This document shows positions 37,555-51,287 of a stretch of 64,000 nt of DNA, one piece after another. Under the pieces are notes generated by a model. The model saw nothing but the letters and a program-made list of their open reading frames with translations, was not told the origin of the DNA and did not search any database. The translations under genes and the position numbers were made by a program. Every line of letters begins with the position of its first letter. Position 1 is the stretch's first letter. Source of the DNA: Mobula hypostoma (Eukaryota); NCBI RefSeq assembly GCF_963921235.1, contig NC_086113.1, forward strand, positions 45,570,001 through 45,634,000, read 5' to 3'.

Positions 37555-38210
37555 TAAGCTAAAAATGTTTTTGATGATTTTCATTTGTACTCAGTGCTTG
37601 AGGCTTCTCACAATAATCAGCCAGAAATGATGGAAATCCAGTTGCCTTGATACTTTTCTTCCATTACTGCAATGTCCTGGTGAAGTCTTTTACTATGCTC
37701 ATCATTGACAGCACCAAGATTTGTAGGGAAGAAGTCTAAAAGGGAATGCAGAAAGTAAACCTTTAGTGACATGTTGCACTTCATAGTTTTGTATGCATGA
37801 AGTATGTTGTCAACCAGCTGCATGTAGTTCGGTGCTCTGTAGTTAGGAAGAAAATCTTCAACAGCATCCTTGAATGCCTTCCATGTGATTTTCTTGGGTC
37901 CCACTAAAATTTCTTCAAATTGCCTGTCATTGATGACCTGTCTGAGTTGTGGACCAACAAAAATGCCTTTCTTAATCTTGGCTTCACTTATTCTGGGAAA
38001 CATCTGTCTCAAACACCAAAGTCCTTCATGGAAATCTAAAACCTGTCCTGGACAAGATAGAAAACTTCTCAGCTTATGTTGTGGGCAACATTTTAATTGA
38101 TTTGAATTATGCATTGAAATAACAAATTTAGGTGATTTTAAAAAGGAAAAAAAACGGTGCATGATAGGGAAGTTTCATGGTGACTATCATGATCACCAGC
38201 CCAAGTTCAG
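37555..38210 (-). mobile_element. Chapaev3-like transposase remnant
   Basis: ORF 37617..38162: KIKKGIFVGPQLR, MSLKVYFLHSLLDFFPTNLGAVNDEHSKRLHQDI..YQG, matching the C-terminal catalytic region of Chapaev3-type transposases (from memory of the family motif). Confidence 0.75.
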
Positions 38211-38639
38211 TGCAGAGCCAAGTAGATGTTACGGAGCCCAGAGCAGCTGCAGCAAGCCACAGCCGCTAAGTAACAAATAAATTGATACTTAAATGGCAGT
38301 GCGTCTTTTTTTTTAACTATTTCCATGAAACTTTGGCAAATTGGGCACCCACCTAATTGCGCCAAAATGTACTGGTCCTGATGTGTCCCAATACACTGGA
38401 AACCACTGCAGTTGTATGTCTTTATGGTTAACTGAAAGATTCATTTGAACTGTGTGAACACAAGAGGTCGCTGTTTTGAAGTCTGAAGAAGGGTGTTGGG
38501 GACGGAAAGCAGATTGAACTGAATGAATTGCCATTTATTTTAAGGAAAAGTTGCTTCTTTTGTGTGTGTTGTGCAACTGACCTCCATTTCCATTGAGTTT
38601 GTATTTATGTAATGCTTTTAGGAATAAAAGCACTTTTGG

Positions 38640-40674
38640 TGCGCCTAAGAGCAACTCGAGTAGCAGCAATACTCTCAATGGATACGATTCAATATTCTTG
38701 TTTCAGCCTGATGCAGCTAACAGCACTACTGCTTCCAAGGTCAGTACGGTCAACAACGATATCTTAATGCGTTTAAACAATCTATCGTTACTTAAAACTG
38801 ACGGAAACAACACTGATTGTGGATGGAAGCACAGGATTCCATGGAAGAAGCGTGGCTATGGATCAGGGATACAAGTGCGTTTAAGGAAGCAGAGTTTTAA
38901 ACTCCCAATACCGACTATCTTGCTGGCAAACGAGCAGTCTCCAGTGAATAAAATCAATGATCTCAGAGCTAGAGTGCTGAATCAGAGGGACATTAAGACC
39001 ACGTGTGTCCTTTGTTTCACAGAATCATCTACAGCTGTGAAGATCCCTGCTGCTCCTAATGAACCTGTGATCTGTGTCCCAGAGGCCAATGTGAGGCTGT
39101 CTTTAAAGAGGGTGAACCCTCACAAGGTGAAAGGTCCCAATGGAGTACCTGGTAAAGCTCTGAAAGCCTGTGCCAACCAACTGCGGGAGTATTCAAGGAC
39201 ATTTTCAACCTCTCACTGCTACGGGCAGAAGTTCCCACTTGCTTCAAAAAGGCAAAAATTATACCAGTGCCTTAGAAGAATAATGTGAGCTGCCTTAGTG
39301 ACTTTCGCCCAATAGCACTGGCATCTACAGTGATGAAATGCTTTGAGAGGTTGGTCATGACTAGACTGAACTCCTGCCTCAGCAAGTACTTGGACCCATT
39401 GCAATTTGCCTATCACCACAATAGGTCAACGACAGACGCAATCTCAGTGGCTTTCCACAGGGCTTTAGACCACCTGGACAACACAAACACCTATGTCAGG
39501 ATGCTGTTCATCGACTATAGCTCAGCATTTAACACCATCATTCCCATAATCCTGATTGAGAGTTTGCAGAACCTGGGCATCTGTACCTCCCTCTGCAATT
39601 GGATGCTCAGCTTCCTAACCAGAAGACCACAATATGTGTGGATTGGTGATAACATCTCCTCCTCGCTGACGATCAACACTGGTGCACCTAAGCCCACTGC
39701 TCTATTCTCTATATACCCATGATTGTGTGGCTAGGCATAGCTCAAGTACCATCTATAAATTTGCTGATGATACAGCCATTGTTGGTAGCATCTCAAGTGG
39801 TGACGAGAGGGCGTACAGGAGTGAGATATGCCAACTATTGGAGTGTTGGGTGTCACAGCAACAAGCCTGGCACTCAACATCAGTGAGATGAAAGAGCTGA
39901 TTTTGGACTTCAGGAAAGGTAAGCTGAAGGAACACATACCAATCCTCACAGAGGGATCAGAAGTGGAGAGAGTGAACAGCTTCAAGTTCCTGGGTGTCAA
40001 GATCTCTGAGGATCTAACCTCGTCCCAACATATTGATGCAGTTATAAAGAAGGCAAGACAGCAGCAATACTTCATTAGGAGTTTGAAGAGATTTGGTATG
40101 TCAACAAATAGTCTCAAAACCTTATATAGATGTACCGTGGAGAGCATTCTGACAGGCTGCGTCCCTGTCTGGTTTGGTGGGGGGGGAGGGGGCTACTGCA
40201 CAGGACCGAAAAAGTTGCAGAAGGTTGTAAATCTAGTCAACTCCATCTTGAGTATTAGCCTACAGAGTACCCAGGACATCTTCAATGAGTGATGTCTCAG
40301 AAAGGCAGCGTCCATTATTAAGGACCTCCAGCACCCAGGGCATGCCCTTTTCTCATTGTTACCATCAGGTTTGAGGTACAGAAGCCTGAAGGCACACACT
40401 CAGCAATTCACAAGCACCCTCCTCCCCTCTGCCATCCTATTCCTAAATGAACATTGAACCCTTGGAGACTACCTCACTTTTTTAAATACATAGTATTTCT
40501 GTTTTTGCACCATTTTTAATCTATTCAATATACGTATACTGTGATTTATTTTTTATTATTATTATTATTTTATTTTGGTTTTTCCCTTCTATATTTTGGA
40601 TTGCATTGAACTGCTGCTGCTAAGTTAACAAATTTCACATCACATGCCGGTGAAAATAAACCTGATTTTGATTC
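38640..40674 (+). mobile_element. Rex1/Babar LINE with 5' region and an internal deletion
   Basis: ILLANEQS..VLCFTES (start of APE) joined directly to the RT-proximal KIPAAPNEPV; RT motifs; 3' tail. Confidence 0.88.
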
Positions 40675-40679
40675 GGGTA

Positions 40680-41950
40680 TATGTTAGATGAAGTACCTCG
40701 CAGCCAACTTGGTGCCTCAGTGACTTCCACGATGTTGTACTCTGTAAAGTAGGAACATGACAACTACTTGGTGCACAGTAAATTCTTATTGAAAAGGTGA
40801 GAGATAAATTTTGGCCAGAACATTGAGGACAACCTCTGTATTCCAAATCAAAAACATACTGAGATCTTTCATAAAGACATTATTTGCATTGCATTCAGTT
40901 ATGTAATTTGATTGGTTTGAAATGACCAGTTGAGTTCTACATCTGATATCGAAGAATTCTGTGTATGGTGCACAGGTCTCTACAATCTTATTTGGGTAAG
41001 AGTGCTCTCCAGTTAGACTCCTTGTTTTAAAGCTACAAAGTGCAGAGCTTTGAATGGGTGGAAAAAACTGATTTGTTTTGAGCAAACATGTTATAGGAAA
41101 TATACAAGATACATGTCCTCCAAATATTTATGCTATATTTTGTAATTGAGCAGAAAGTTGGTCGAGCTTCTTGGTCCATAATTGTAACCAGTTTCAAAGA
41201 GAACACCACGTTGGAATAGATCAGGGATTCCAACAGCATCTATATTTAACTTTGTTCCACCTACCAGCGTGAGGGCAAAACAAAAATTTATCTAATAGCT
41301 TTCATGACCTTAGCACTTCAGAATTGTTTTAGTAGCAAAAGCCAATTAGCATCCTTTATCATTCCAGAAAGAGAAGTACAAGAATGGCCTTATTACAGAT
41401 TGAGGTATGGCCATTGGATGGCCTCTGTTCTTCTGAACAGTGCCATTGTATTTTGACCGTACAGTTGACGGTGTAGTATCCAATGGCGTAATATTACTTC
41501 TGAATGATTGCACCTCCTATAATGCTGCATTCCATCAGTGCTGTATTAGTGTCAACCCTGATGTTGTGCTTGAAATTGTGGTGTGAAACATGAATCTACA
41601 GGCAGGGAAATGGATAGTTAACTTAACTGAAAAGGGTAGTGGAGAAAATACCAGATTTCAACCACTTCAGGGTTGTTTCTGCTATACCTCCACTGTAGGC
41701 TGTGTCATTTGTGCTCAGCTGGTAGCACCTGACCGATTCAGCCAAAAGAATGTACTGTACTCTTAAGATTCACTCCAGAATTTGAGCTCAAATGTCCAGG
41801 TTGATACTTTATTGAAGAAATAAGGATATGTACGTTGTCAGGTGCTTTCCTTCAGATGACTACCCCTCCCCCCATTTCTTCAGTGAAGATCAGATTAGTG
41901 TGATTCTTATCACATTGATGGTTTGGATGCTGCAGTGCATGATAGATTGA
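40680..41950. mobile_element. Cluster of old Deu-domain SINE-like remnants (SacSINE1/AmnSINE1-like)
   Basis: e.g. TTGAGCTCAAATGTCCAGGTTGATACT..TTGTCAGGTGCTTTCCTTCAGATGA at ~41780-41860; recognised by eye only. Confidence 0.45.
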
Positions 41951-44900
41951 TTGTCTGCTTCAAGTTCTTGCTGTAATCCAATGGTCAAAACACTCTGGGG
42001 TAATTGAATCCATGAAACCCTCCATATAAATACTATCTAATTTCTGCCACTTCTGTACTTCCATCTGGTTTCTCTGATCTATGCCAGACATTTTGAATTG
42101 GAAAGTACAGAACTGATGATGAAATTCCCTCAGGATATTAGTTAAGTGGTTCACTTGATACAGTGTGAAGTTATAGTCTTTGCATTTGACAAACCTAAGC
42201 TTTTTCTGATTGCTGAAGCTTTACTGCACTCCATTGTGGGAGATTTTCAACCACAGGCAGTCTAGGGTTAATAACTTCAGGATTATGAGGATACCCTGCC
42301 ATTCTTCCACTCTTGCTTGTCCTGCTTCCTTTCCAATGAAGGACGTCAGTCGTTCTCTCATTGTTACCAGTCTACGGAAAGTACGCTGATCTCCTAGGCT
42401 GTTATCAGTGCAAAATGGGCACTATCAATCTACTCTACCTCAAAACTATTGCTACCTCTTGTATATCACTATTCTTTTATATATACTGATATAGGGAATA
42501 TTGAAACAGTTTTAGAGAACGTGTACTTAGAGTGAAGTCAGTATATGTCATAAATAATTTTATTTTAGTACAAAGGTTAACTGGCAATTGGAATAATTAA
42601 TTTCAGGGAGGGAGGAAAAGAAGGTAAAGTTACAAAAGTTTGTTTGGCATAATAAAAGCATTATGGATTCGACTGAGTAGTTTGTACAGATTTATGATTG
42701 GGATATAAAATGCTTTGGAGGAAATTGTTGCTGTTAACTATACCATGAATGCCTTTCCTGTAATGTTGCTACTGAAGATGATTATATAGCATCTAATATT
42801 TATCATATCCATAGGGTTGCCATGAGTCGATGATGACTCAATGGCACACAACAACAATATTTATTTAGTTGCTCATGTGTTGGCCTGTCCTTGATGCCTT
42901 TTGAGCAATGGAACAGCATTAGTTGCCCTACAGTCTTCTGGAACTTCACCGGTGGTTAACAACAAAGCAAATATCTCAACCAGGGCTTCTATAATTTCTT
43001 CCCTGGCCTCCCACAAGGTCTGGGGGTGCACTTGGTCAGGCCCTGGTAATATACCAAACTTTATGTGACTTTGCAGATACGTTCTTTTCCTGCTATTTTG
43101 GTACAGTCTTTGTCAAGTTCAGAGAAGCCTTTGTTTCATTTGATCTTGGAAGAGTAGAACAAAGATTGTTATTGTAGGTGATGAATTAGCTGATAGGTAT
43201 TAGAGTGGTCCACTGTTAGTAAATTAATAGCCAAGCCAAAAAATTAAATACCAGAAATGATATGGAAAAAATCTTGTATTAATCTAATGATCATTCAATG
43301 AAGGTGAAAAAAATCGTAGCCATACAATTTCTATCACAACATTGGTACATTGAAAACACTTTGTAACCAATTAAATGTCTTTTGAAACATTATTTAAGAA
43401 AACTGACTACAAATTTGTGCACAATTAGGTCCTGCAGTCAAAAGTGATAATACAAATTGTTCAGTGAGTTTAGTTGAAGAAATAATATTGACCAAGGAAA
43501 CTGAAGGGGATTTAATCTTTTAAGTCCTGCAGACGATAGACCTCCTAGCCAAAGGGAGCATCATTTCAATTGTACACAGAAATATTGATCTGAATTATGG
43601 GCTTAAGCCCCTGACCTTGGTTGACCAGACAAGTGAAAAGCACATGGTCACAACTGAACCCAAGTTGTTTCATAATCAGATTACCTAAAGGATATTTCCA
43701 TTGTCTTGTCTGCAGTTTCAATAAAAAATTATTTTTTACTTTAAAATTTTTTTTTACATTGTTAAATTTATAGTGATAGCTTGTCACATTAATTTATGTT
43801 TGCATTCAAGTTGCTTGTATATTCGTGGTGTATTTGCTTGTGCTGGTCTCAACACAAGAGGACCTCAGTGAGCTACTTAATGGTTTGTAATTTCACCAGT
43901 AATGAGTACTGCAGCATTTGAGTTCCTTGTGCTGCAGATTTTAAATTCTAATGTTTGTTGCAATCAAATTCTTATGCAGTCATGACTACATTACAATGAC
44001 TAACATTGGTGGTTCTTTTACATTTCGCTGTATGATGTTTTATTCCTTTAACTCCGAAAAGTATTGTTTTGTCTACCCAGTTTTTGTCTTTTTTTTACAG
44101 AATTTACAAATATACTCAAGTTTATTTCATCTTTTTTTCACGATCTGTAAATCTATAAGGTCTTTCTGTATATTAATCAAAATGTCAAATACAGTGTGGA
44201 ATGTGAAATTTTCGTCTTTCACTGCAGAAAAATCTCCTAGAGCATTTCAGTGGCAAACTGTCAAATATAACTGAGCATCAAGTAAGGGAGTACTAGGAGA
44301 AATAAGCAAGCCCTGTCCTGCTGAAATGTTAACTGTTTGTTCCTCTTCATACGTGCTCCCCAACCTGCTGAGTTCCTCCAGCATTTTCTCTTTGTTGCTC
44401 TGGATTTCCAGCAGTTGCAGAATCTCGTGTTTATGAAGTGAGCAAAATAAAATCCTTGTCAAAGATTTTGACCAGAGTTGGTTCAAGGAAGGAAGGAATA
44501 GCAGAACTTAGGGTCTAGATGTCTGTAGGCACAGCCACTGATTACAGATGTCTTAGAGCTTAAGGCCAGGGATGGTGCACTGTGTGATCATGGGTAAGCC
44601 TCTGTTACCCAGCTTGTCTGCTAATAGAACAGTCACACTACACAACCTCAGCAATGACTTTAAGCTTCTGTTGTTTGGAAAAATTTTTAAAAGCAGGGCA
44701 AAATCTGTTTGCTTAGCAGAACAACACAATGTGAAGTATCAAATAACAAATGCAGACAGATTAATCTCGGTTCCTGGTTGCATTTTCCAGAAGATACTTT
44801 CAATTTCTCTATTTCTTTAACTTTCATTATTGATAACTGAATTTGTCAGACAAGTTCAGGCCTCAACAGAATTGAGGGTATTTTGCAAAATAGCAGAGAT

Positions 44901-45606
44901 AAATAAAAAATCCAAACATCAGGAAATTGCAGATACTGAAAATCCAAAATAAAGACAAATTCTGGAAATATTCAGCATATCAGGCAGCACCTTTTGGACA
45001 GATAATTTAAAGTGTTAGGCGATGTAAGTTTGAGGTCATGAAATCTGTTATATAAGTAATTCCTTGCTCCTGTCTATCCACAATTTTGAATATGTAATAT
45101 CCTTTTACTTTAATTCTGCAAAGCACTCTAATGCTTTCAGCATTGGGCACGCGGTAGAAGAGCGGTTAGTGTAATTGTTTTACCGTGCTAGTGATCACTG
45201 ATTGGGATTCGATTCCCGCCACTGTCTGTAAGGAAGTTGTACATTCTCCCTGTGACCACATGAGCTTTCTCTGGGTCCTCCGGTTTCCTCCCACATTCTA
45301 AAGGCATGCGGTTAGGGTCAGTAAGTTGTGGGCGTGCTGTGTTGGCGCAGGAAGCATGCAAACTTGCAGCTGCCTCCAACCCAATTTTCATTGATTTGGT
45401 TTGAAACAAAATAATGCATTTCATTGTGTGTTTCAAGGTGCATGTGACAAATAAACATAGCCATACCGGAACCTTAGAGCCTATTCTGATGAAATTTCAT
45501 TAACCTGTAAAGTCAATTAAAAGTGGCGTGTGTAGGAATTTCTTGCAGAAGGTAGTGAATTCTCTATGCCATTGGATTTTGGAGATTAGACAGTTGGGGC
45601 TGTTGT

Positions 45607-45925
45607 GTTGGCAACAGCCCATGACGAACGTCGAGCTCTGTAACGACCTACTGATGCTCACCACTAAAATGGAAAAGAGAAGACTGCAACTAGCGGGGCA
45701 CTGTCTACGCCACCCCAAGCTACCTGCCACCCTAATCATCATATGGGAGCCCAAGCACGGGAGGATGAACCCTGGGTGCCCTCCCAAGACTATGGTCAAC
45801 ACGCTCCTAGAAGACAGCGGCGTGGCTAATGTAGATGAACTGAACACACTGATGAGGGAGAAGTGGAGAGTCCGTCATCGTGCCCGACGCCGCCCCCCTA
45901 GGCCTGAGTCGACATAGTAGTAGTA
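45607..45925 (+). mobile_element. RTE-clade LINE 3' end
   Basis: RRLQLAGHCLRH..WEPKHG..PGCP; (TAG)n tail; TSD GCTGTTGT at 45599-45606 and 45926-45933. Confidence 0.8.
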
Positions 45926-46835
45926 GCTGTTGTAGAGAGGTAGATAAATTTTTGAAATATCAGAGAACTGAGGGTTATGGTGAACTGGAATAGAAAAGGC
46001 TTTTAAGGGTTTTGTGCTGCTCAGCCATTATATTAACTGACAGGGCAAACTTGAGAGGCCAAGCAGCTCATTCCTACTCCTATTTTCCTGTGAATATTCC
46101 CTTTATTCTTTCCACCCCTCCTCTGTAAGTTAAAATATCTGGTTTTCCAGTTTTGTCTAGTTCTGACAAAAGATCATTGAGCTGAAGTATTAACTTAGTT
46201 CTTCTTTCCACCAATGCTTTCTAATCTGTTAAATAGTTTGTTTCTGTTTTATTAAAAGATAATTCAGGTTAGACTTCCAAAGTTAGTGTAGCCTGAGTCC
46301 GTTTTGATAACAAGTGCTTTAATTGCTCTTTAACATTGCAGAACTTCCCACCAGTTCCTAATTTCTGACCTGCTTAACGAAGTTTATCTCATAGATGTCT
46401 AAACTTCAACGATCAAGCATTGGCCACATGGTTCTCCAACCTCATATTTTACAGATTATGTTCTTAAGAGTTTTATGAATGCTGTTCTTAACTTGCCTTT
46501 CCAGATCAAAGGTTCAAAGGTTGAATTTAATGTCAGAGAAACACATACAATATACATCCTGAAATGCTTTTTCTGCATAAAACATCAATGGAAAATGTAT
46601 ACTAGAACAGATTTAAATGTGGTCTTGTCTCCAGGTCTCCTGAGAAAAGACAATAGGAAGCCAGTAAATCAGAAAATGATGGAAAAAACTCAGCAGATAA
46701 GGCAGTATTTGTAGGAAAAAAATGGCTAATCATTAGTCCAGAATTCATTTTCCTTAATACAGTAGTGGTTGCGTATCAAATGTATTTCATTGGTTTCGCG
46801 GCATTTTAAGATATTCTGAGGTATTGTGAAATATA

Positions 46836-47568
46836 ACAAGATGGTACCAACGAACAATGGCGACATATTCCGGATAGTCCACGAAACCATTTATTTCAAT
46901 ACTTTTATGTGTTCTTTTTATTTTGAATATGTTTCTGGATTTGTTAGAGCCTGCATACAGTTTGGAGATTGATTGAATGATCTAGAGCTTTGCTGTCTCT
47001 GCGAAAATTCCAAGAAGCTAGGGCGAGGGGCTTTGAGGCGAAGGAACTTAGCAACGGGGTTGAAGCCTATGATATATAAATATATTTTTTATTTACCTCT
47101 CACTCATTCCCTCTCCACCCCCCCCCCCAGGTCAGAGTTGGTTACTGAAATTCTTGGATTGGACTCTTTCAGTTTTGTTTTATATACTTTATGTTTTTGG
47201 TCATTCTTTCTTGCTGCTGTTTGGCATGTTCTGTTAGTTTTATTGTGCAGGGGGTGGGGTTGGGGTTTGATGCCCTCGTTGCCATTTGTGCAATTTTTTT
47301 GCCTGTGGGGATTATTGATGATCATGTTACCATTTGGCACAATTTGTTAGTTTTGTGTGGCGAGTTTGGGATTTGACATTCTTGTTTGCACGATTTGTTT
47401 TTTATGTGTTTGGGGCGGGGGTTATGTTGATGTTTGTGTGTTTTTTTTCTGTGCCAGTGGTGTGTTGACATTTTTCTTTGAACGACCTCCATAGTTTTCT
47501 TGGCTATCTGGAGAAGATGAATTTCAGTTGTATACTGCATTCATATTTTGATAATAAATGAACCTTTA
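46836..47568 (+). mobile_element. Non-autonomous retroelement (probably Rex1-associated)
   Basis: Begins CAAGATGG, GT-rich body, ends TGATAATAAATGAACCTT like other Rex1-type 3' ends in the window; non-coding. Confidence 0.45.
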
Positions 47569-47569
47569 A

Positions 47570-48277
47570 ACTTAGGAAACAGTAGGATGAGGGAACCCAC
47601 ACCAGTCCTCGTAGCGGGATCAGGTTTGGAAAGAGTGAGCAATTTCAAGTTCCTGGGTGTCAGTATCTCTGAGGATCTCTCCTTGACCCAACATATTGAC
47701 ATAGCTGCAAAAAAGACACAACAGCAGCTATATTTCATTAGGAGTTTGAGGTGATTTGGTATGTCACCAAATCACTATAGACGTACCCTGGAGAGCATTC
47801 CAAATGGCTGCATCACCACCTGGTACGGGGCGGGTGGTGGGCTACTGCATAGGATCAAAATGAATTGCAGCGAGTTATAAACTTAGTCAGCTCCATCATG
47901 GGCACTAGCCTTCATAGTATTCAGGATGCTTTTAAGGAGTGATGCCTCAAAAAGGCAGCATTCATCCTTAAGGACCCCCATCACCAAGGACGTGCCCTCT
48001 TTTTATTGCTACCATCAGGAAAGAGGTACTGAAGCCTGAAGGCACCCACTCAACAATTCAGGAATGGCTTCTTCCCCTCTGCTATTTGATTTCTGAATGA
48101 GTATTGAACCCATGAATACTACCTCAGTACGTTTTTTATTTCTATTTTGCACTATTTAACTATTTAATATATATACTTACTGTAATTCACGTCTTTTTTT
48201 ATTATGTATTGCATTGTACTGTTGCAACAAAGAGGACATTTCACAACATATGCCAGTGATATTAAACCTGATTCTGA
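47570..48277 (+). mobile_element. Rex1 3' fragment
   Basis: ERVSNFKFLGVSISEDL; ATTAAACCTGATTCTGAT tail. Confidence 0.88.
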
Positions 48278-48395
48278 TCCCAAAAGGTGCTGTTGGGTAG
48301 TTATGTAAGTCTTATTGGCTGTAATGAATAAATAGCCTTTATTGCTGTGTCAGTGAGTTCTAATTTGTTTGCTTTTTCTACTTCTCTGCTTCCAG

Positions 48396-48583
48396 CTCCT
48401 GCGTTGGCAATACAAGTTCCAGTGGCCTTCCCTCAATTTGACCCTGATGCCTATGAGAATGACCAGGGTGACAACTCTGGCTTCTTGGATAGTATCTTCT
48501 TGATGGCAGCACCAAAGAAGCGACGCACTATTGAGGTTAACCGCTGCAGGAGAAGGAATGTTCAGAAACTAGAGAAAGTTAAG
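48396..48583 (+). CDS. MRPL32: MRPL32 exon 2 (APALAIQ...[34 protein letters not shown])
   Basis: Polypyrimidine tract + CAG acceptor, AAG|GTAC donor, 188 nt; [18 protein letters not shown]32 motif. Confidence 0.96.
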
Positions 48584-49511
48584 GTACTTGTAAATAAATA
48601 AATAAGCAACAATATGATTTTTACAACTGCGATCAAGAGTATATCCGGGAATTGTGTCCCCCTTTTCTACTCCTAACACCCCAAGTCCTGACAAATCTTC
48701 CAACATACCTATTTGTTGCCAGTGATTTTTTAAGTGTCTATGTTCCGGGGCAGCAGAGCATGGAAGGAAATTGTGCTCTGAAAGATTCTTTCCATTGCGT
48801 CCCGATGTCCTGCTCTTTAACCATAACCTTGTATTTTTTTTTCTTTTCAAGAGAATTTCCTTTCTGAAGGCTACAGTTGAAATTGATTCAACTGCCATTT
48901 TAGGCAGTGAGTTCCAGGAAATCATTATAAGACCAGAAGTAACCTCCAAGGTTAAGTCAATTTTGGGGAATGAAAGGAGCATTTTGTATCTGAGTTTTAT
49001 TGGATGATACAGTATCTTTAAAGTGAGCACCCTCTTTATCCTGTTTTATTCTTTTGTGCTTGCTGCCCCCACTATCCCCAAAACTTGTTTGTCTGCCCCT
49101 GCTTTTTCCCAGTCACCATAACCAGTATCCCATTTATGATTAAAATGAAGTTTTACTTTCTGCCAAAAGTTTCGTACATGTAAGTTAATGCTCTGTGTTC
49201 TGAATGCTTGTGAGTAACTTGCTGTCAGAACTGAGCATGAAAATAACTTTCTGGATCACCTCAAAGTGATCAGAGGCTCTAGACTGACTGAGCATAACTG
49301 AAGTAAACTCCAAACTGTCATTATTTTAGCTTTAGTTAGACTGGGTGGCAAGTGGAAGGCATCCTTACTGGAGCTGTGCACTTGTATCAATTAACTCTAA
49401 GTATCAGTAACTAATATAAAATGTGTGACAATGTTTTAATTTTAAGATTAATAGATGCAGCAATTTTGTTTAGTTTTATTTATCTTACTTGGTACTTTTT
49501 TTCTATTTCAG

Positions 49512-49769
49512 AACAACATAGAAGTTTGCCAAGAATGTGGCTACTTGAAACTGAAGCACCAGCTATGTGCCTTCTGCTACAAAAAGGTTGCGCATGAAAC
49601 AGCCCTTGTACGTGCACAGATTAAGGTGCAGGAAAGAAGGCCACTTAACACACCTGCAGTAGAGACAGTTGTGCTTTACCAGGGGGAGAAAGCAACAGAG
49701 GCTGACAACGGGAAGAGGATCATTGAAAGAAACCTAAAGCGGCCATCATGGTTTACAGTAGGGTCATGA
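49512..49769 (+). CDS. MRPL32: MRPL32 exon 3 ([22 protein letters not shown]...[10 protein letters not shown])
   Basis: TTTCAG acceptor, CxxC-x9-CxxC motif, KRPSWF C-terminus, TGA; total CDS 531 nt = 176 aa. Confidence 0.97.
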   Translation, partial: NNIEVCQECGYLKLKHQLCAFCYKKVAHETALVRAQIKVQERRPLNTPAVETVVLYQGEKATEADNGKRIIERNLKRPSWFTVGS

Positions 49770-49819
49770 GATGGACACTGCATAGGTGAACAACATAGTG
49801 TTAAAATATTTTGTTTAAA

Positions 49820-49937
49820 AATAAAACATAAGGCAAAGTTAAACTGTGTCACTGAAATTAGAAGCGAAGAGATTGCTTGTTCACATGGCAAGTTTTGTTT
49901 GAGGTACTTGGTCTGATTTAAAGAAACTTGGAATAAA
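49820..49937 (+). terminator. Candidate MRPL32 poly(A) signals (AATAAA at 49820 and 49932)
   Basis: AATAAA hexamers in the AT-rich 3' UTR; which one is used is unknown. Confidence 0.45.
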
Positions 49938-51287
49938 TTTTGCTCCACACAAGAGACTTTGGATATTTATTTAAAATAATATAATTTCATTTTAATGACT
50001 GCAGAGGGTAATTAGTATTTTTTTCTCAGCATTTCACTATTTCACGTGGTGGCTCTGAAGTAGGCACAAAGGAGACTTCAAAATAAAATCCATATTTTAA
50101 TATTTAAGACATTTCTCAGTCAGGATTATTTCTGAATAGTTAGGAAAATATATTTTTTATAATAAAAATTAGGTGTCATGTCTCTGTTCACTCAATCCCT
50201 TTGTTGACCATTAATGGCAGAAACTTACTTATTTCTTCCCTTAGAATTTTTTTTTTGCCTGTTAACTTTTTCTCTTACTTTTGTTTAATTTTTAAAAAAT
50301 TTTGTGAAGCATCTTTCAATTAAGTCCTTGGGGCAGCCGCCATTGCTTGTAACGGAATCTATGTCCTTATGCCTATTCTGGGGTAGACAGTGAGTTAATA
50401 AATTACAAACAAATTTATTTTACTTTTTCGGTTAATCCATTTCCATCCACTTTCAGTGTCCTTTTATCCCCTTGATCAAGAAATTGTAGATGTGTTGTAT
50501 TTGACAAATTTGTTCTCTATTTTTTAACAATGCTCTGTAGCAAACTTGAAGATAAAAATGAAGTGATGTAATTCTGATCAGAATATTCTACCTAATCCTT
50601 TCCAGGCTCGTTTGAAGATACACACTTTACAGAAAGTCTTTACTAATCCGTCCCATTCAAAATATGACTGTTCTCAAAATGTGAGAAGCTGTTATTCAAT
50701 GTGATCTCATTTTTCTAGAGAAAAGGGATCAGTTTTTAGTTTGTGACCATCTGCAGCTGATGACCATTGCTGGTGTGGATGATTCTTGCCCTTGTAATGT
50801 TGAGTTCAAGATATCAAAAGGAAGTGGTTCACAGAGATAATCTTACACCCCCATGTCTTCTCAGTCGTTCAACTGAATTGCTGATTTATTTCCTTGTATA
50901 TCTTCTCATATTATCAATCTTCATTTTTATTCTCCACCCTTTTAAAAATTGTTCTTATGATAGTCATGATGGCTTTTCAATAAAGGATGGAAAAGAAAGA
51001 TGATGAATTGAAGAAAAACTTGGCCTTGAGGCCAGTTGTTGCAAAAGTATTTTGCTTCAATTGCACTGCAATATGGTCTGACATACTAATTGTTTCAAAA
51101 TACACAAGTCTGAAAGGTAATTTTATGTTTAAGTTATTAAAATTGCCCTTGAAATACTTCCCATTACCACAACCATCTACCTTTAGATGCCTCTTTGGGG
51201 CATAAATTGAATCTCTTCAGATTTTACATGTTTATGGAGTGCTTATCTTCAGTCATCTATAATCTGGTATGTGGAAATAAGGTAATG

